Source: Octopus vulgaris (lineage: Eukaryota). From it: DNA of 64,000 nt. The stretch covers positions 8,618,001 through 8,682,000 of the forward strand of contig OX597827.1 in the NCBI GenBank assembly GCA_951406725.2, written 5' to 3'. Position numbers and translations under genes: made by a program. The notes below the pieces were generated by a model, which saw only the letters and a program-made list of their open reading frames with translations, did not search any database and was not told the DNA's origin. Positions 41,020 through 54,000 of the stretch are shown in pieces. How positions within the stretch are numbered: the stretch's first letter is position 1; each line of letters opens with the position of its first letter.

Positions 41020-41389
41020 CATATACAACACACAAATTTCTACACATGAACCCGGAGTTTCTACCCTTGACAGGTCGCTTCAACCGTGTTTTCTGACATG
41101 AATTTGCTACCCAGGTTTCGGTTAAACGAATTTTCCATGCTGACGATAAACATAGGATAATTCATCCACCTACTTATATATAAATATATATATAGTTCAA
41201 ATTTATAGAAAACAAAAGCCAAAGACAGATGAAAGAACAACAAGCAGGTGGATCGGTTTAATGCTCAGGAAGGACGGAAATGACTTCGACATTTTGAGTC
41301 CATGCTCTTCAGCAAGGGAGTTAATAGGCAAAAAAATGGAGAGAGAATGTAAAAAATGAAGAGTGGGGCTCACAATCATGAAGTAGTGA

Positions 41390-41672
41390 GTGTGATACCC
41401 GGACCAGTCTGTGTGCTGTGTTCTTGAGGAGGACACTTTATTTCACTTTGCTCCAGTTAACTCGGCTGTAGAAATGAGTTGCGACATCACTGGTGCCAAG
41501 CTGTATTGGCTTTTGCCTTTACAATGGATAACATCAGTGGCATGGAAAGGGGAGGCTGGTATGCACAGACAACTGTTGGTCTTCCATAAACAGCCTTGCC
41601 CGAACTTGTGCCTCAGAGGGGAACTTTCTAGGTGTGATCCCATGGTCATTCATGACCAAAGGGGATCTTTTT
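41390..41672 (+). mobile_element. Further SINE-like element (family E)
   Basis: gtgctgtgttcttgaggaggacactttatttcac...ccagttaactcggctgtagaaatgagt resembles CORE-type SINE bodies. Inference only. Confidence 0.45.
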
Positions 41673-41696
41673 CTGTATGTATGTATGTATGTATGC

Positions 41697-42260
41697 TACT
41701 GGTAACATGTAACCCAGAACAACCTGTTGCATGGTCGGACTGTCGGCGACTAAACCGGCAACCCCACCAAGCTTGCTTTGTGAGGAAGGTGTTTATTGGA
41801 CACCCAGCGGGATGAAAAGCAAAACCCGTCAAAGGGCGGAGGAACTCTTGGGAGTCAATGGCCATCCAATAAATGTGTAATTTTTTTTTTTTCTTAAGGC
41901 TTAAGGCTATGTCATGCTCTGGGACATAGAAATAATCGGACTGAATAGCTGATCGCGCGGTTAAACCATTGGAAGTGAAGGACTTCTAGCCCTTGTTAGG
42001 GCATCCTTCTAGGAGATGGTAACTCAGGTAACCGGGATAACTCCGACATAAAACCTGCAGCTCAGTGGTTACCGATGATGTTGACTTGTTCTTCTTTTCG
42101 GATTATGGCTGCTGTTGCTTAGTGAGTGGGATTGACTCAGTGCTCAGCCTTTCTTCACTTTAAAAAAATCTTCCTGCACAGGCATTGCACGATACCAACA
42201 TTGTTCATGATTGTTGATGGTGCTGTGAGTCTCAACTGAATGGCTGGCTGTAGCCTTAAA
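41697..42260 (+). mobile_element. GC-rich structured segment, probable 5' leader of an RTE-clade LINE
   Basis: Multiple hairpins; ggcatccttctaggagatggtaactc...aaacc resembles RTE 5' UTR motifs; no ORF follows. Confidence 0.4.
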
Positions 42261-42904
42261 AAGCAAATAAAATTCACATTCGATCACAGCACCAATAACA
42301 GTTAAGCCTCGTGCAATGGCCATACTCGATAACGAGGGGGCAGCCATCATCATGTTTATGTTTATGTTTTCCAGTTTCAGCTCTTGAGCTGTGGCCATGC
42401 TGGGGCACCGCCATTTATATGTATGCATATATAATTCATATGTGTGCATGTATTTGTGCTTATATTTGTGGAATTATAAGTTAGCAAGATCCCATAACAG
42501 ACGTTAACAAACTAAGTATAGGACTGAAAGAAGCTGTTTCTAAGGGTTCTATGTAATCAACAAAACCCCTTGAAAGCTCTGCTTCATCATAGCCACAGAC
42601 CAATTATTGAAACCAACCAGTAACAGAATAAAGGAATCACAGTTAACTTCAAACCAAAAAGAACTGAAGCAAAATGAACTCAATGAAGAAATCTAGAGAA
42701 ATGGTATGAGGAAATAAATAGTTGTACTGCAGTAAATATTGGGCGACAATTTAAGTACAGAGTATAAGAATATTTCATGAGAATAATAAATCAGATTTAT
42801 TATATTTATGCATTGTGTGTGTATGTGTGTGTGTTTGTGTGTGTGTGTTTGTATTGTAATTATTAACACCTAGCAAAGTAATTTATTTTTCAGTACACAT
42901 ATCA

Positions 42905-43336
42905 ATGGTGATGGTGGTGGTGATGTTGATGATGATGATGGTGGTGGTAGTGGTGGTGGTTGTTGTTGTTGTTGTTGTTGTGGTGGTGGTGGTGGTGGTG
43001 GTGGTGGTGGTGGTGGTGGTGGTGGTGGTGGTGGTGGTGGTGATGGTGGTGGTGGTGGTGGTGGTGGTGGTGGTGGTGGTGGTGGTGGTGGTGGTGGTGG
43101 TGGTGGTGGTGGTGGTGGTGGTGGTGGTGGTGGTGGTGGTGGTGGTGGTGGTGGTGGTGGTAGTGGTGGTGGTGTTGGTGGCGGTAGTGGTGTTGGTGGT
43201 GGTGGTGTTGGTGGTGGTGTTGGTGGTGGTGGTGGTGGTGGTGGTGGTGGTGGTGGTGGTAGTGGTGTTGGTGGTGGTGGTGGTGGTGGTGGTGGTGGTG
43301 GTGGTGGTGGTGGTGGTGGTGGTGGTGGTGGTGGTT
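42905..43336. repeat. (GGT)n microsatellite, ~430 bp
   Basis: Directly visible. Confidence 0.95.
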
Positions 43337-43754
43337 GCGAAAAAGACGACGAGGACAATGATGATATGGTGATGAAGATGACAGTGATGATGGTGACACA
43401 ATCACATACATCAACGATTGTAATGATAATAATAATAATAATCCTTTCTAGTAAAATCTTAAGGCCTGAAATTTTAGGGAAGGAAACTAGTCGATTACAC
43501 CAACCCCAGTGTCTCACTGGTACTTAATTTATCAACTGTGAAAGGATGAAAGGCAAAGTCGACCTCAGTGGAAATTGCATTCAGAACATATCAACAAACA
43601 ATATATCACTAAGCATTTTTGCCTGGCATATGATATAGCACGTAAAAAGCACCATCTGAACATGGCCGATGCCAGCGCCGCCTAGACTGGCCTCCGTGCT
43701 AGTGGCACGTAAAAAGCACCAATCCGATCGTGGCTGAATAAAAAAGGGGCCCAC

Positions 43755-44027
43755 TTTATTGATATCACTATCCCAGGAGATAAGTACAGTGAAAGATAAA
43801 GAGCACGAAAAAGTTGAGAAGTATGAACCACTGATGGAGAAGGCTGGAAAATTATTGGGGATGAAGAAGTTTTGGGTGATTCCACTGCTGACTGGAGTAC
43901 TGGGATGCAAAACTGGATAATTTCAGGGACTGTGTAAATAAAATTGAAATTAATGCAAGTTTACAGGTCATGCAGAAGACAACAATTCTTGGTACAGCAA
44001 GCATTTTAAGGAAAATCTTGTCTATGA
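43755..44027 (+). mobile_element. Decayed R4/Dong-like RLE LINE C-terminus
   Basis: FIDITIPGD / KDKEHEKVEKYEPL..VIPLLTGVLG / MQKTTILGTASILRKIL across frameshifts, homologous to 55100-55368. Confidence 0.75.
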
Positions 44028-44150
44028 AAGGCACAGGAGAGGAAGAAGTAAGGGGCCATTGCCACTAAAAACAAATAGAGTATGTTTTTCTTTTTATTAC
44101 TTCATATGTAGCTATACACATACATGCACACATGTTTATATATAATGTAT

Positions 44151-44370
44151 TACTCTTTACTCTTTTACTCTCTTACTTGTTTCAGTCATTTGACTGCGGC
44201 CATGCTGGAGCACCGCCTTTAGTCGAGCAAATCGACCCCGGGACTTATTCTTTGTAAGCCCAGTACTTATTCTATCAGTCTCTTTTGCCGAACCGCTAAG
44301 TAACGGGGACGTAAACACACCAGCATCGGTTGTCAAGAAATGCTAGGAGGACAAACACAGACACACAAAC

Positions 44371-44412
<42 letters not shown>

Positions 44413-44570
44413 GACAGGCTTCTTTCAGTTTCCGTCAACCAAATCCACTCACAAGGCATTGGTCAGCCCGGGGCTATAGCAGAAGACACTTGCCCAAGAT
44501 GCCATGCAGTGGGACTGAACCCGGAACCATGTGGTTGGTTAGCAAGCTATTTACTTACACAGCCACTCCT
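44151..44570 (-). mobile_element. SINE family A
   Basis: Consensus match. Confidence 0.9.
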
Positions 44571-44713
44571 TATATGTATACAGATGCATATAAAAATATC
44601 TACAGGAGAGCAAGTGCATATACATACTTGCATAACATACATAGATTTGTACACACAAACACATACACACAAACACACACACACACACAAACGTAACCTC
44701 TTTGTGTGTGAAG

Positions 44714-45128
44714 ACAGCGAGGTGGCAGAATCGTTAGCACGCCAGACGAAATGCTTAGCAGTATTTTCTCTGCCGTTACATTCTGAGTTCAAATTACGCC
44801 CAGGTCGACTTTGCCTTTCATCCATTCGGGGTCGATAAATTAAGTACCAGTTACACACTGGGGTCGATGTAATCGACTTAATCCCTTTGTCTGTCCTTGT
44901 TTGTCTCCTCTGTGTTTAGCCCCTTGTGGGTAGTAAAGAAATAGGTATTTCGTCTGCTGTTACGTTCTGAGTTCAAATTCCGCCGAGGTCGACTTTGCCT
45001 TTCATCCTTTTGGGGTCGATAAATTAAGTACCAGTTACACACTGGGGTCGATGTAATCGACTTAATCCCTTTGTCTGTCCTTGTTTGTCCCCTCTCTGTT
45101 TAGCCCCTTGTGGGCAATAACAAAATAA
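44714..45128 (+). mobile_element. SINE family B, tandem dimer
   Basis: ~185-bp body repeated head-to-tail. Confidence 0.85.
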
Positions 45129-46346
45129 GACAAATAACCTGTGGTAGCATGGAGAAGGGACTTAAAACAGAATAATGAACAAATATATATTTGTGTATAT
45201 GCGTGTGCATGTATACATGCATATATATGTGTGTGTATGTATGTGTATATATATCATAAGTATGTTTGTGTGCTTGTACTAAATACACACACAAGTTTAC
45301 ATGTATGTATATTTGAAAGAGAACTGCAGATGAAGTTATTTATGTACATATGTTTTATAATGTAAATACAGATTATATTAACTCAAATATATACATTCAC
45401 ACTCAAGAACTAAACCAACCTCTCACTCGGCAAAACACACGCACAGACACACACACACATGCACACGCGCACAAACGAACACATACACACACATGCACAC
45501 ATATACACATACACATGCACATACATGCACACACACACAAACAAACACATACACATGCACACATATACACATACACATACATGCACACACACTCTCACTT
45601 GGCAAAACACACACACAGACACACACATGCACACGCACACAAACAAACACACACACATGCACACATATACACATACACATGCATATACATGCACACACAC
45701 ACAAACAAACAAACAAACACAGAAAACATGCACACTTGTGTACACACACACATGCGCACACACACACACCCACACACACCCACACACACACATACACACA
45801 CACGCATACACACACACATGCACGCACCCCACACACACCCACACATATGTGCGTGCATTAATATAGTCATTTGTACTTGAAAAGTGTATGAATTGGTTGA
45901 AAAATTGAAGTTTATTATTCATTTTCCCTTCTCATAAATCTTTAGATTCCTATCTTTCCCTCACAGGATCATAAATATTTATCATCATGCACAGAGGGCA
46001 GTGAAAATCACACAAATGACAGTCAGATTTGATGCTATATAATGTAAGTCTGTGTGCGTGTGTGTATGCTTGTAGCATGCATATTATGTGTGCATGTATA
46101 TTTGCCTGTATGTGCGTGCATGCGCATACGTGTGTGCCTCTGTGTCCTATATATCTCATGTATGTATATTACATGTGTAGCTTTTTCCCAGTGGTATATA
46201 ATCATCTATTCAAGTTTATATACACTTGTAGTATGTTAGTAAGTTTTTCTTTTTAATATTAAGTAGTGGTTAACACTTCAAGTATATATGTATATATATA
46301 TTTTTTAAAAACAATAGAAGGCCTCTTATAAAGCTTTGGATTTCAT

Positions 46347-46611
46347 ATAACGGGAAGGTTTACGAAAATAAACAAAAGACGAAGGCAGGTGGAGTACAAA
46401 CAAACAAATGTATTAGTATAGCGCTCAGGAATAGAAATAGAAAAAGTCTTTTACGTTTCGAGCCTATGCTCTTCGACAGAAAGATACACAGAAAAAAAAC
46501 AAGGAGAGAAAAAAATGCGTGTAGGAGCTAACGATCTATCATATATATATATATATATGGTGGTGCCCCAGCATGGCCACAGCTCATTAGCTGAAACTGG
46601 AAAAATCAAAA

Positions 46612-46651
<40 letters not shown>

Positions 46652-46853
46652 CGGGCAGTTTTATGAAAATAAACTAAAGACGAAGGCAGGTGGAGTACAA
46701 ACAAACAATTGTATTAGTATGGCGCTCAGGAATAGAAATAGAACAAGTCTTTTACGTTTTGAGCCTACGCTCTTCGACAGAAAGACACACAGAAAAAAAA
46801 CAAGGAGAGAAACAAGGAGAGAAAAAAATACGTGTAGGAGCTAACGATCTATC
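46347..46853 (-). mobile_element. Two tandem ~200-bp Penelope-like units with variant minimal hammerheads (46347-46542, 46647-46853)
   Basis: Direct repeats separated by (TA)n. Minus strand reads UCUUU CUGUCGAA GAGC-AUAG-GCUC GAAACGU A AAAGA. Relatives at 41205-41330 and 63030-63115. Confidence 0.6.
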
Positions 46854-47099
46854 ATGGATTTCATATGCTCTATTATGATTATCAATAAAATAATAAAAGC
46901 AACTGACTAACCCTATTACTTATTGTCAAACAATACATGTGTGCTTATTCAGAGAGGAAGCTGTAGGAAAAAACTAGACAAGATAGAAGAAAACTGAGTC
47001 TAATTTTAAACGTAGCAATTTTAGTGTAAATCAAGTGAAAAACCAAACTCAACAGAAATTACTTTGTGTAACACGACATTTGTGCTTGGGTAGCAACTC

Positions 47100-47530
47100 T
47101 TTACTTTTTAGTCTTTACTCTTTAGTCTTTTACTCTTTTACTTGTTCCAGCCATCTGACTGTGGCCATGCTGAAGCACCGCTTTTAGTTGAGCAAATCGA
47201 CCCCAGGACTTATTCTTTGTAAGCCTAGTACTTATTCTATATCGGTCTCTTTTGCCGAACTGCTAAGTTACGGGGACGTAAACACACCACCACCGGTTGT
47301 CAAGTGATGTTGGGGGGACAAACACAGATACACACACACACGCACACATATATATATACATATATACGACAGGTTTCTTTCAGCCCCGGTCTACCAAATC
47401 CACTCACAAGGCTTTGGTCGGCCCGAGGCTATAGTAGCAGGCACTTGCCCAAGGTGCCACACAGTGGGACTGAACTCGGAACCATGTGGCTGGTAAGCAA
47501 GCTACTTACCCCACAGCCACTCCTGTGCCT
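47100..47530 (-). mobile_element. SINE family A
   Basis: Consensus match. Confidence 0.88.
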
Positions 47531-47973
47531 GTTTATTTCCTGTTTGTTTACTCCTAAAAATTGTGGAAAATGGTTACTGTTTCCTTCAAACTTTGCTTTT
47601 GTTACATTTATTCAAGCCCCAAAGAATTCCTCTCAACATATGGTTATGATGCTCCCCCAACTATTCCTGCACATATTGTTAACCACAGGGGACATGCTCA
47701 AGTCATTAAGGTCAAGCAACTGACAAGCAAATCTGTGGTATTGAAGAGCATATTTGCTATAACGATAATTCTGCTTCAGCAGGTCAGCACTGAATTTGTC
47801 TGAAATGTAATGGAAAATTGGTCAGTTTCAAACCATTGATGTCCATGTCACAAAAACAGGGTTTGAAGGGAAAAGTAGTCATTTCCTTTTATTTCTAGAT
47901 AGAAGCAAACAGAAAATAACACTGGCCCAAAGACAAAAATAAAAAATATAAAAATCTTGTTACATAGTGTTAT

Positions 47974-48378
47974 ACTCTTTTACTCTTTTACTTGTATCAG
48001 TCATTTGACTGTGGCCATGCTGGAGCACCGCCTTTAATCGAGCATCTCAACCTCAGGACTTATTCTTTTGTAAGTCCAGTACTTATTCTATCGGTCTCTT
48101 TTGCCGAACCGCTAAGTAACGGGGACATAAACACACCAACATCGGTTGTCAAGCAATGCTAGGGGGGACAAACACAAACACACACACGCATATATATATA
48201 TACATACATATATACGACGGGCTTCTTTCAGTTTCCGTCTACCAAATCCACTCACAAGGCTTTGGTCGGTCCGAGGCTATAGTAGAAGACACCTGCCCAA
48301 GGTGCCATGCAGTGGAACTGAACCCGGAACCATGTGGTTGGTAAACAAGCTACTTACCACACAGCCACTCCTGCGCCT
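47974..48378 (-). mobile_element. SINE family A
   Basis: Consensus match. Confidence 0.9.
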
Positions 48379-48885
48379 ATAATTGTTCTCTTGTGATATT
48401 ATAACAGATTTCTAGAACATTGTGAGGGATAATGTGTAGGGATAATGTTTTTGCTGGATTGAACAGTTTTGAATCCCACTAAATGAAGATCTTGTGGAAG
48501 GGATGCTGTAGTCAAGCACAAGTTTCTGACAGAGCCTGTACTGCTTGAATAAAATTAGTGTATGAATTAGCTGTTGTCCTTATGGTAAAAATCTGGGTTT
48601 GTTGCAACGATAATATTTTCCAGGCCCTACATTGAAATGAAGAAATATTTTTGGAATTTTTATTTAGTAGATTGTTCTTAGCATAAGTGCAGGAATGAAA
48701 TTCGTTTTGGGGGTGCAAACCCAGTTTTTCAGGAGCATGCCCAAAACATTTTCATTGCTCCACGAAAATTTTAGCAGGAGCACTTGCAGCCTCTGCACCC
48801 AAAGTTCCTGAATCTATGGCTCTTAGTAAAGAAGACAGCAAAGATTTCTTTGAGCATAAATTGCAATGTCTCATCATCATTGTAA

Positions 48886-49089
48886 TACTCTTTTTACTCT
48901 TTTACTTGTTTCAGTCATTTGACTGCGGCCATGCTGGAGCACCACCTTTAGTCGAGCAAATCGACCCCAGGACTTATTCTTTGTAACCCCAGTACTTATT
49001 CTATCGGTCTCTTTTGCCAAACCGCTAAGTGACGGGGTTGTAAACACACCAGCATCAGTTATCAAGCAATGCTAGGGGGACAAACACAG

Positions 49090-49150
<61 letters not shown>

Positions 49151-49318
49151 TATACGACAGGCTTCTTTCAGTTTCCGTCTACCAAATCCACTCACAAGGC
49201 ATTGGTCGGCCCGGGGCTTTAGCAGAAGACACTTGTCCAAGATGCCACGCAGTGGGACTGAACCCAAAACCATGTGGTTGGTTAGCAAGCTACTTACCAC
49301 ACAGCCACTCCTGCGCCT
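48886..49318 (-). mobile_element. SINE family A
   Basis: Consensus match. Confidence 0.9.
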
Positions 49319-49691
49319 ATGGCCACTTTTCCATGCCTTTTCCTTCTTTGCCTATCTTTTGAAGAAACAAGATGTTTTCAAGTTCTTCCTCCCATTTTTA
49401 ACTTTAAATTCACTCAGTTAAATCAAATACCTTATTATTTTTATAAGCTCATATGGAGAGAAACATATGGCCATTTGTAACAAATCATTTTTTATTTAAA
49501 TTTAATGTAATATATTATATTATTTTCAACTTCTAAACTTCTCTTTAATTCCTTAATTGAATAAGGCTTCTAATTCATAACTAGCCTTTCTTGTATATTT
49601 GTGCATGTATGTACATAAATATGTGTGTGTGTATTTAAGCAACTGTGTGTGTATGTGTGTGTGAGTGTGTATATGTACATATTTAAGTATG

Positions 49692-49768
<77 letters not shown>

Positions 49769-49787
49769 GTATGGATGGATGTATGCT

Positions 49788-49826
<39 letters not shown>

Positions 49827-49862
49827 CATGCATGCTCTCACAGAGGCATACAGGGCACACAC

Positions 49863-49919
49863 CAGGTGTCCCCCAAACATTTTTGTCGTTCATTCCTTTC
49901 TCGGAAAAATAACCCACTC
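49863..49919 (-). other. Possible short (57-nt) exon
   Basis: Acceptor tttatattgcag| and donor CTG|gtgtgt. An ATG TTT GGG GGA CAC CTG would join in frame to the 38600 exon. Weak. Confidence 0.22.
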
Positions 49920-50385
49920 CTGCAATATAAATTGATAGCAGAGACCAGAAAAATAAAGGGGGGGGAAAAAAAAACCCTGCATAACCTTGTAACAGAGAGG
50001 GAACAAATATAAGAGAGGAGGGGGAAGAGAGGGATACAGTAAGACAGGCTAGGAGGAGGAGACGAGGAAAGAATGAAAGAAAGAGAGAGAGAGAGAGAGA
50101 GAGATGTGTCTTGTATTTATATGTGCGTGTAGAAGCGTAATTCTATGAATTTGCTCACTTTTTCTACATGTGTTTTTTTTTGTATTTACACATGAAACCA
50201 ATTTATTTCCACATCATCTACTGTGTCATTCCGCATTCTTCACCTCATTCAATCAACTATTCTCCTTGCTCCTCCATATTTGAGAGGAGAGCCACGAATA
50301 TGAATGTGTGCATTTGTGTGTGCACGTGTGTGTGTGTGTGTACGCATGTACATATATGTACATGTATGCTTATGTGTATGCATAG

Positions 50386-50437
<52 letters not shown>

Positions 50438-50474
50438 GTATATACATGTCTGTGTATGCATATATATATATATG

Positions 50475-50510
<36 letters not shown>

Positions 50511-52003
50511 TATCCACATCCACTTATACACAAATATATACATATATACAGATAAATGTATATATACATGCATATAAGTATATACCTATATGTATGCACA
50601 CACACACACCAAAATACACACAAACATATATATGTATATATGTGTGTATATACACACATATATATATATATATATATACACACATGTATATATATGTGTG
50701 TGTATATATACATATATATATGTATATATATACATACATTTATACATATATGTATATACATGTGTGTTTATATATGCGTGTGCACATGTGTATGTGCATG
50801 TGTGTGTGTGTTTGTGTGTGTGTGTATGTGTGTGTGTGTATGTGCATGTGTGTGTGTGTGTGTGTGTGTGTATAAAAACCATTCATACAGGCAGCACTAC
50901 TTTGATTTACATTACCTGGCCATCCTTTACAATTTGCCAACTGAGAATTTGTAAACACTAAACCCCTAATATCTGTCCCACGCCACTCTACTGTAATATT
51001 TGTCTATGGTTCTAATGTTGTTGTTAGTTTTGATGTCATTGTTATTTAACCCTAGGTCAGACATGATTTAGTTCACCTATGATGTGATGGAAGGCACTCA
51101 ATCTAGGGATAAAAAAGCATCATTCTATTATTTTTTTGTGTGTTTTTTGTGTACACATTTAGAACTAATACTTTCCAATATAATCTTAATCTTCCTTTTT
51201 TTAACATTTTTTGTTTTGAGATGATAGCATGTGATTTGGGAAAATTTGGTTGTTATTTCTAGTATTCTGAGTGACCATGTAAAGGTTACCTCTCTGGCTA
51301 AATTTGTCAGTAACGTTTCAATTTTCTGTATTGTATTGATATATATCCACACATGATATTATTAGATTTGGTCTTGTACACATTTAATATTGTTCACTGT
51401 GGGAGGTCTGTTAGTTTTCGGAATATTACCCATATATCCGCATATTCATTGCAGTTTCTTTTCTTTACCATTTTTCTCACCCTCCCAGTTTTTGTTGGTT
51501 TTTTTTGTTTTTTTTTTTTGTTTTTGTTTTTTTTTTGTGTGTTTTTGCAAAGGGTGTTAAAAGTAACATTGGGAAAGTGAAAGTAGTATAAACCTTTTGC
51601 TACGACAATAACAGATGCTCCAGAATAATAATCAGTCATTTGTGTTGTTGCTATAGTTACAAGAGAGGTCATGCAGAGTACAATTAATGCATTAGCCCAA
51701 TTTGAGGTGAAAAGTTCTACCACCAACATAGAGTAAGCTAAACGACTTCTGACCCCTGTGTGAGTCCAAAAATTGAAATGATTTACTAAGTAGGGTGTAT
51801 ACAGTTTTTTCCTTTTCTCTCTCACTCTCTCTATATATATAGTTGTGTATGGCATTACATACATTACATACGTCTCCTGTTGCTGAATGGTTAAGAAGTT
51901 TACTTCACGACTATGAGATCTCAGTTTCAATCCTACTGTGTGGCATTTTGGGCCAGCATTATTTTCTATAGCCTTTGGTAAACCCATACATTGTGAGGAA
52001 ACT

Positions 52004-52412
52004 AGGAGTGGCTGTGTGGTAAGTAGCTTGCTAACCAACCACATGGTTCCAGGTTCAGTCCCACTGCGTGGCATCTTGGGCAAGTGTCTTCTGCTATAGC
52101 TCCGGGCCGACCAATGCTTTGTGAGTGGATTTGGTAGACGGAAACTGAAAGAAGCCTGTCATATATATGTATATATATATATGTGTGTGTGTATGTGTTT
52201 GTGTGTCTGTGTTTGTCCCCCTAGCATTGCTTGACAACCGATGCTGGTGTGTTTACGTCCTCGTCACTTAGTGGTTCGGCAAAAGAGACCGATAGAATAA
52301 GTACTGGGCTTACAAAGAATAAGTACCGGGGTCGATTTGCTCGACTAAAGGCGGTGCTCCAGCATGGCCACAGTTAAATGACTGAAACAAGTAAAAGAGT
52401 AAAAGAGTAAAG
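52004..52412 (+). mobile_element. SINE family A
   Basis: Consensus match. Confidence 0.9.
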
Positions 52413-52526
52413 AGATGGCAGCTGTACAAAACCCTGTCAGGTAGATCTCACCTGTAATTTAAAAGGTATAGCTTTGTTCTACACTGTGTTGTACTGATTC
52501 TTTCCAAGAATTACCTTAATGATACT

Positions 52527-52928
52527 GGTAGAATCGTTAGTACACCGGGCGAAATGCGTAGCCGTATTTCATCTGCCATTACGTTGTGAGTTCAAATTCC
52601 ACTGGGGTCAACTTTGCCTTTCATCCTTTCGGGGTCAATAAATTAAGTACCAGTTACGCACTGGGGTCGATATAATCGACTTAATCCGTTTGTCTGTCCT
52701 TGTTTGTCCCCTCTATGTTTAGTCCCTTGTGGGTAATAAAGAAATAAGTATTTCGTCTGCTGTTACGTTCTGAGTTCAAATTCCACCGGGGTCGACTTTG
52801 CCCTTCATCCTTTCGGGGTCAATAAATTAAGTACCAGTTGCGCACGGGGGTCGATATAATCGACTTAATCCGTTTTTCTGTCCTTGTTTGCCCCCTCTAT
52901 GTTTAGCCCCTTGTGGGTAATAAAGAAA
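52527..52928 (+). mobile_element. SINE family B, tandem dimer
   Basis: Same structure as 44714-45128. Confidence 0.85.
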
Positions 52929-53619
52929 CAGATACTTGTAACTATGAAATGCTCAGCCACTAATATGTTAATTCAGAGGCAGGTAATTCAGTTTTACTGA
53001 ATCTTCAACATCAAACAGTGGAGTTCCACCTCCACCACATTATTACAAATCATCAATGTAATGTTTCTCATATCACTAGTCTGACAAATGTGAAGATAAT
53101 TATGCTTTGTAGAGGAGGTTTTATAAGAAGGAACATGTCCAAAGTTATCCTCTATGCTTGTCGAGATTAGACTAAAATCCTTATTACCATAATTTGATGG
53201 CTTAAACGATGCACTTTTATGCAAAAATGAAAATGTATAAAAAAACTCAATCCCAGAGCCCTATGTGTGAAGTTAGCCCTATATTACATGCTTGAATGCA
53301 CTTAAAGCATTTTTACTCCATATACACAGCTAAAATTGCTGTTTATTTAATATGCTCATGCATCTCTTATGCTATCTAGTATGGTTGTCAATTAGTCATT
53401 GAGCTAATGTATCTTCCTTTTTCTCTTCACCACATGAATACTATTACCTAATTAGATTTTTTTCTCGTTATTACTCTCCGATGGTAATAATTTAGCTGTT
53501 ATCTTTCATAGAGATGGTGTCCCTAAGTAATTATAATATACATGGTGGGCCAAAAGACAAGCACAAAATAACTTCAATACACTCCAGAACTGTCAAAGAC
53601 ATGTTTCAATTTCTCTTAA

Positions 53620-53929
53620 ATTGAATGTTTGTTCCTTCTTGAGCCATGCCTGGTTCATAAGGGTCAGTTTCCTGGTTTCATTGATGTATAGGTTCCCCAC
53701 CTGGACAGGATGCCAGTCCATTGCAAGGGAGTTGTTAGATGCAGGAGGAAAGAGTGATAGAAAGTTGTGGCGAAAGAGTCAGCAGAAGTTCACCATTACC
53801 TTCTGCCGGAGTTGAGTGAAGCTTAGGTTTCTCACTCATAAACACCCACATCTTCCAGTCTGAGATCTGAACCCACAATCCCTCAACAGCAAGTCTGCTG
53901 CTCTAACCACTAAGCCATGTGCCTCCACT
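53620..53929 (-). mobile_element. SINE with family D head but a different 3' tail
   Basis: ctctaaccactaagccatgtgcctccac and gaaagttgtggcgaaagagt are shared with 12854-13244; the remainder differs. Confidence 0.65.
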
Positions 53930-54000
53930 TAAAAATGAATACAATAAATAAAATAATGTTGAATACACACGTACATAATGAACAACAACAACAATAATAA

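Noticed and set aside
42870-43517. Poly-Pro/His/Thr/Val ORFs
   Set aside because: (GGT)n microsatellite.
51394-52083. 229-aa minus-strand ORF
   Set aside because: It starts in a SINE and runs through a poly-T tract, with no recognisable domain or consistent splice sites.
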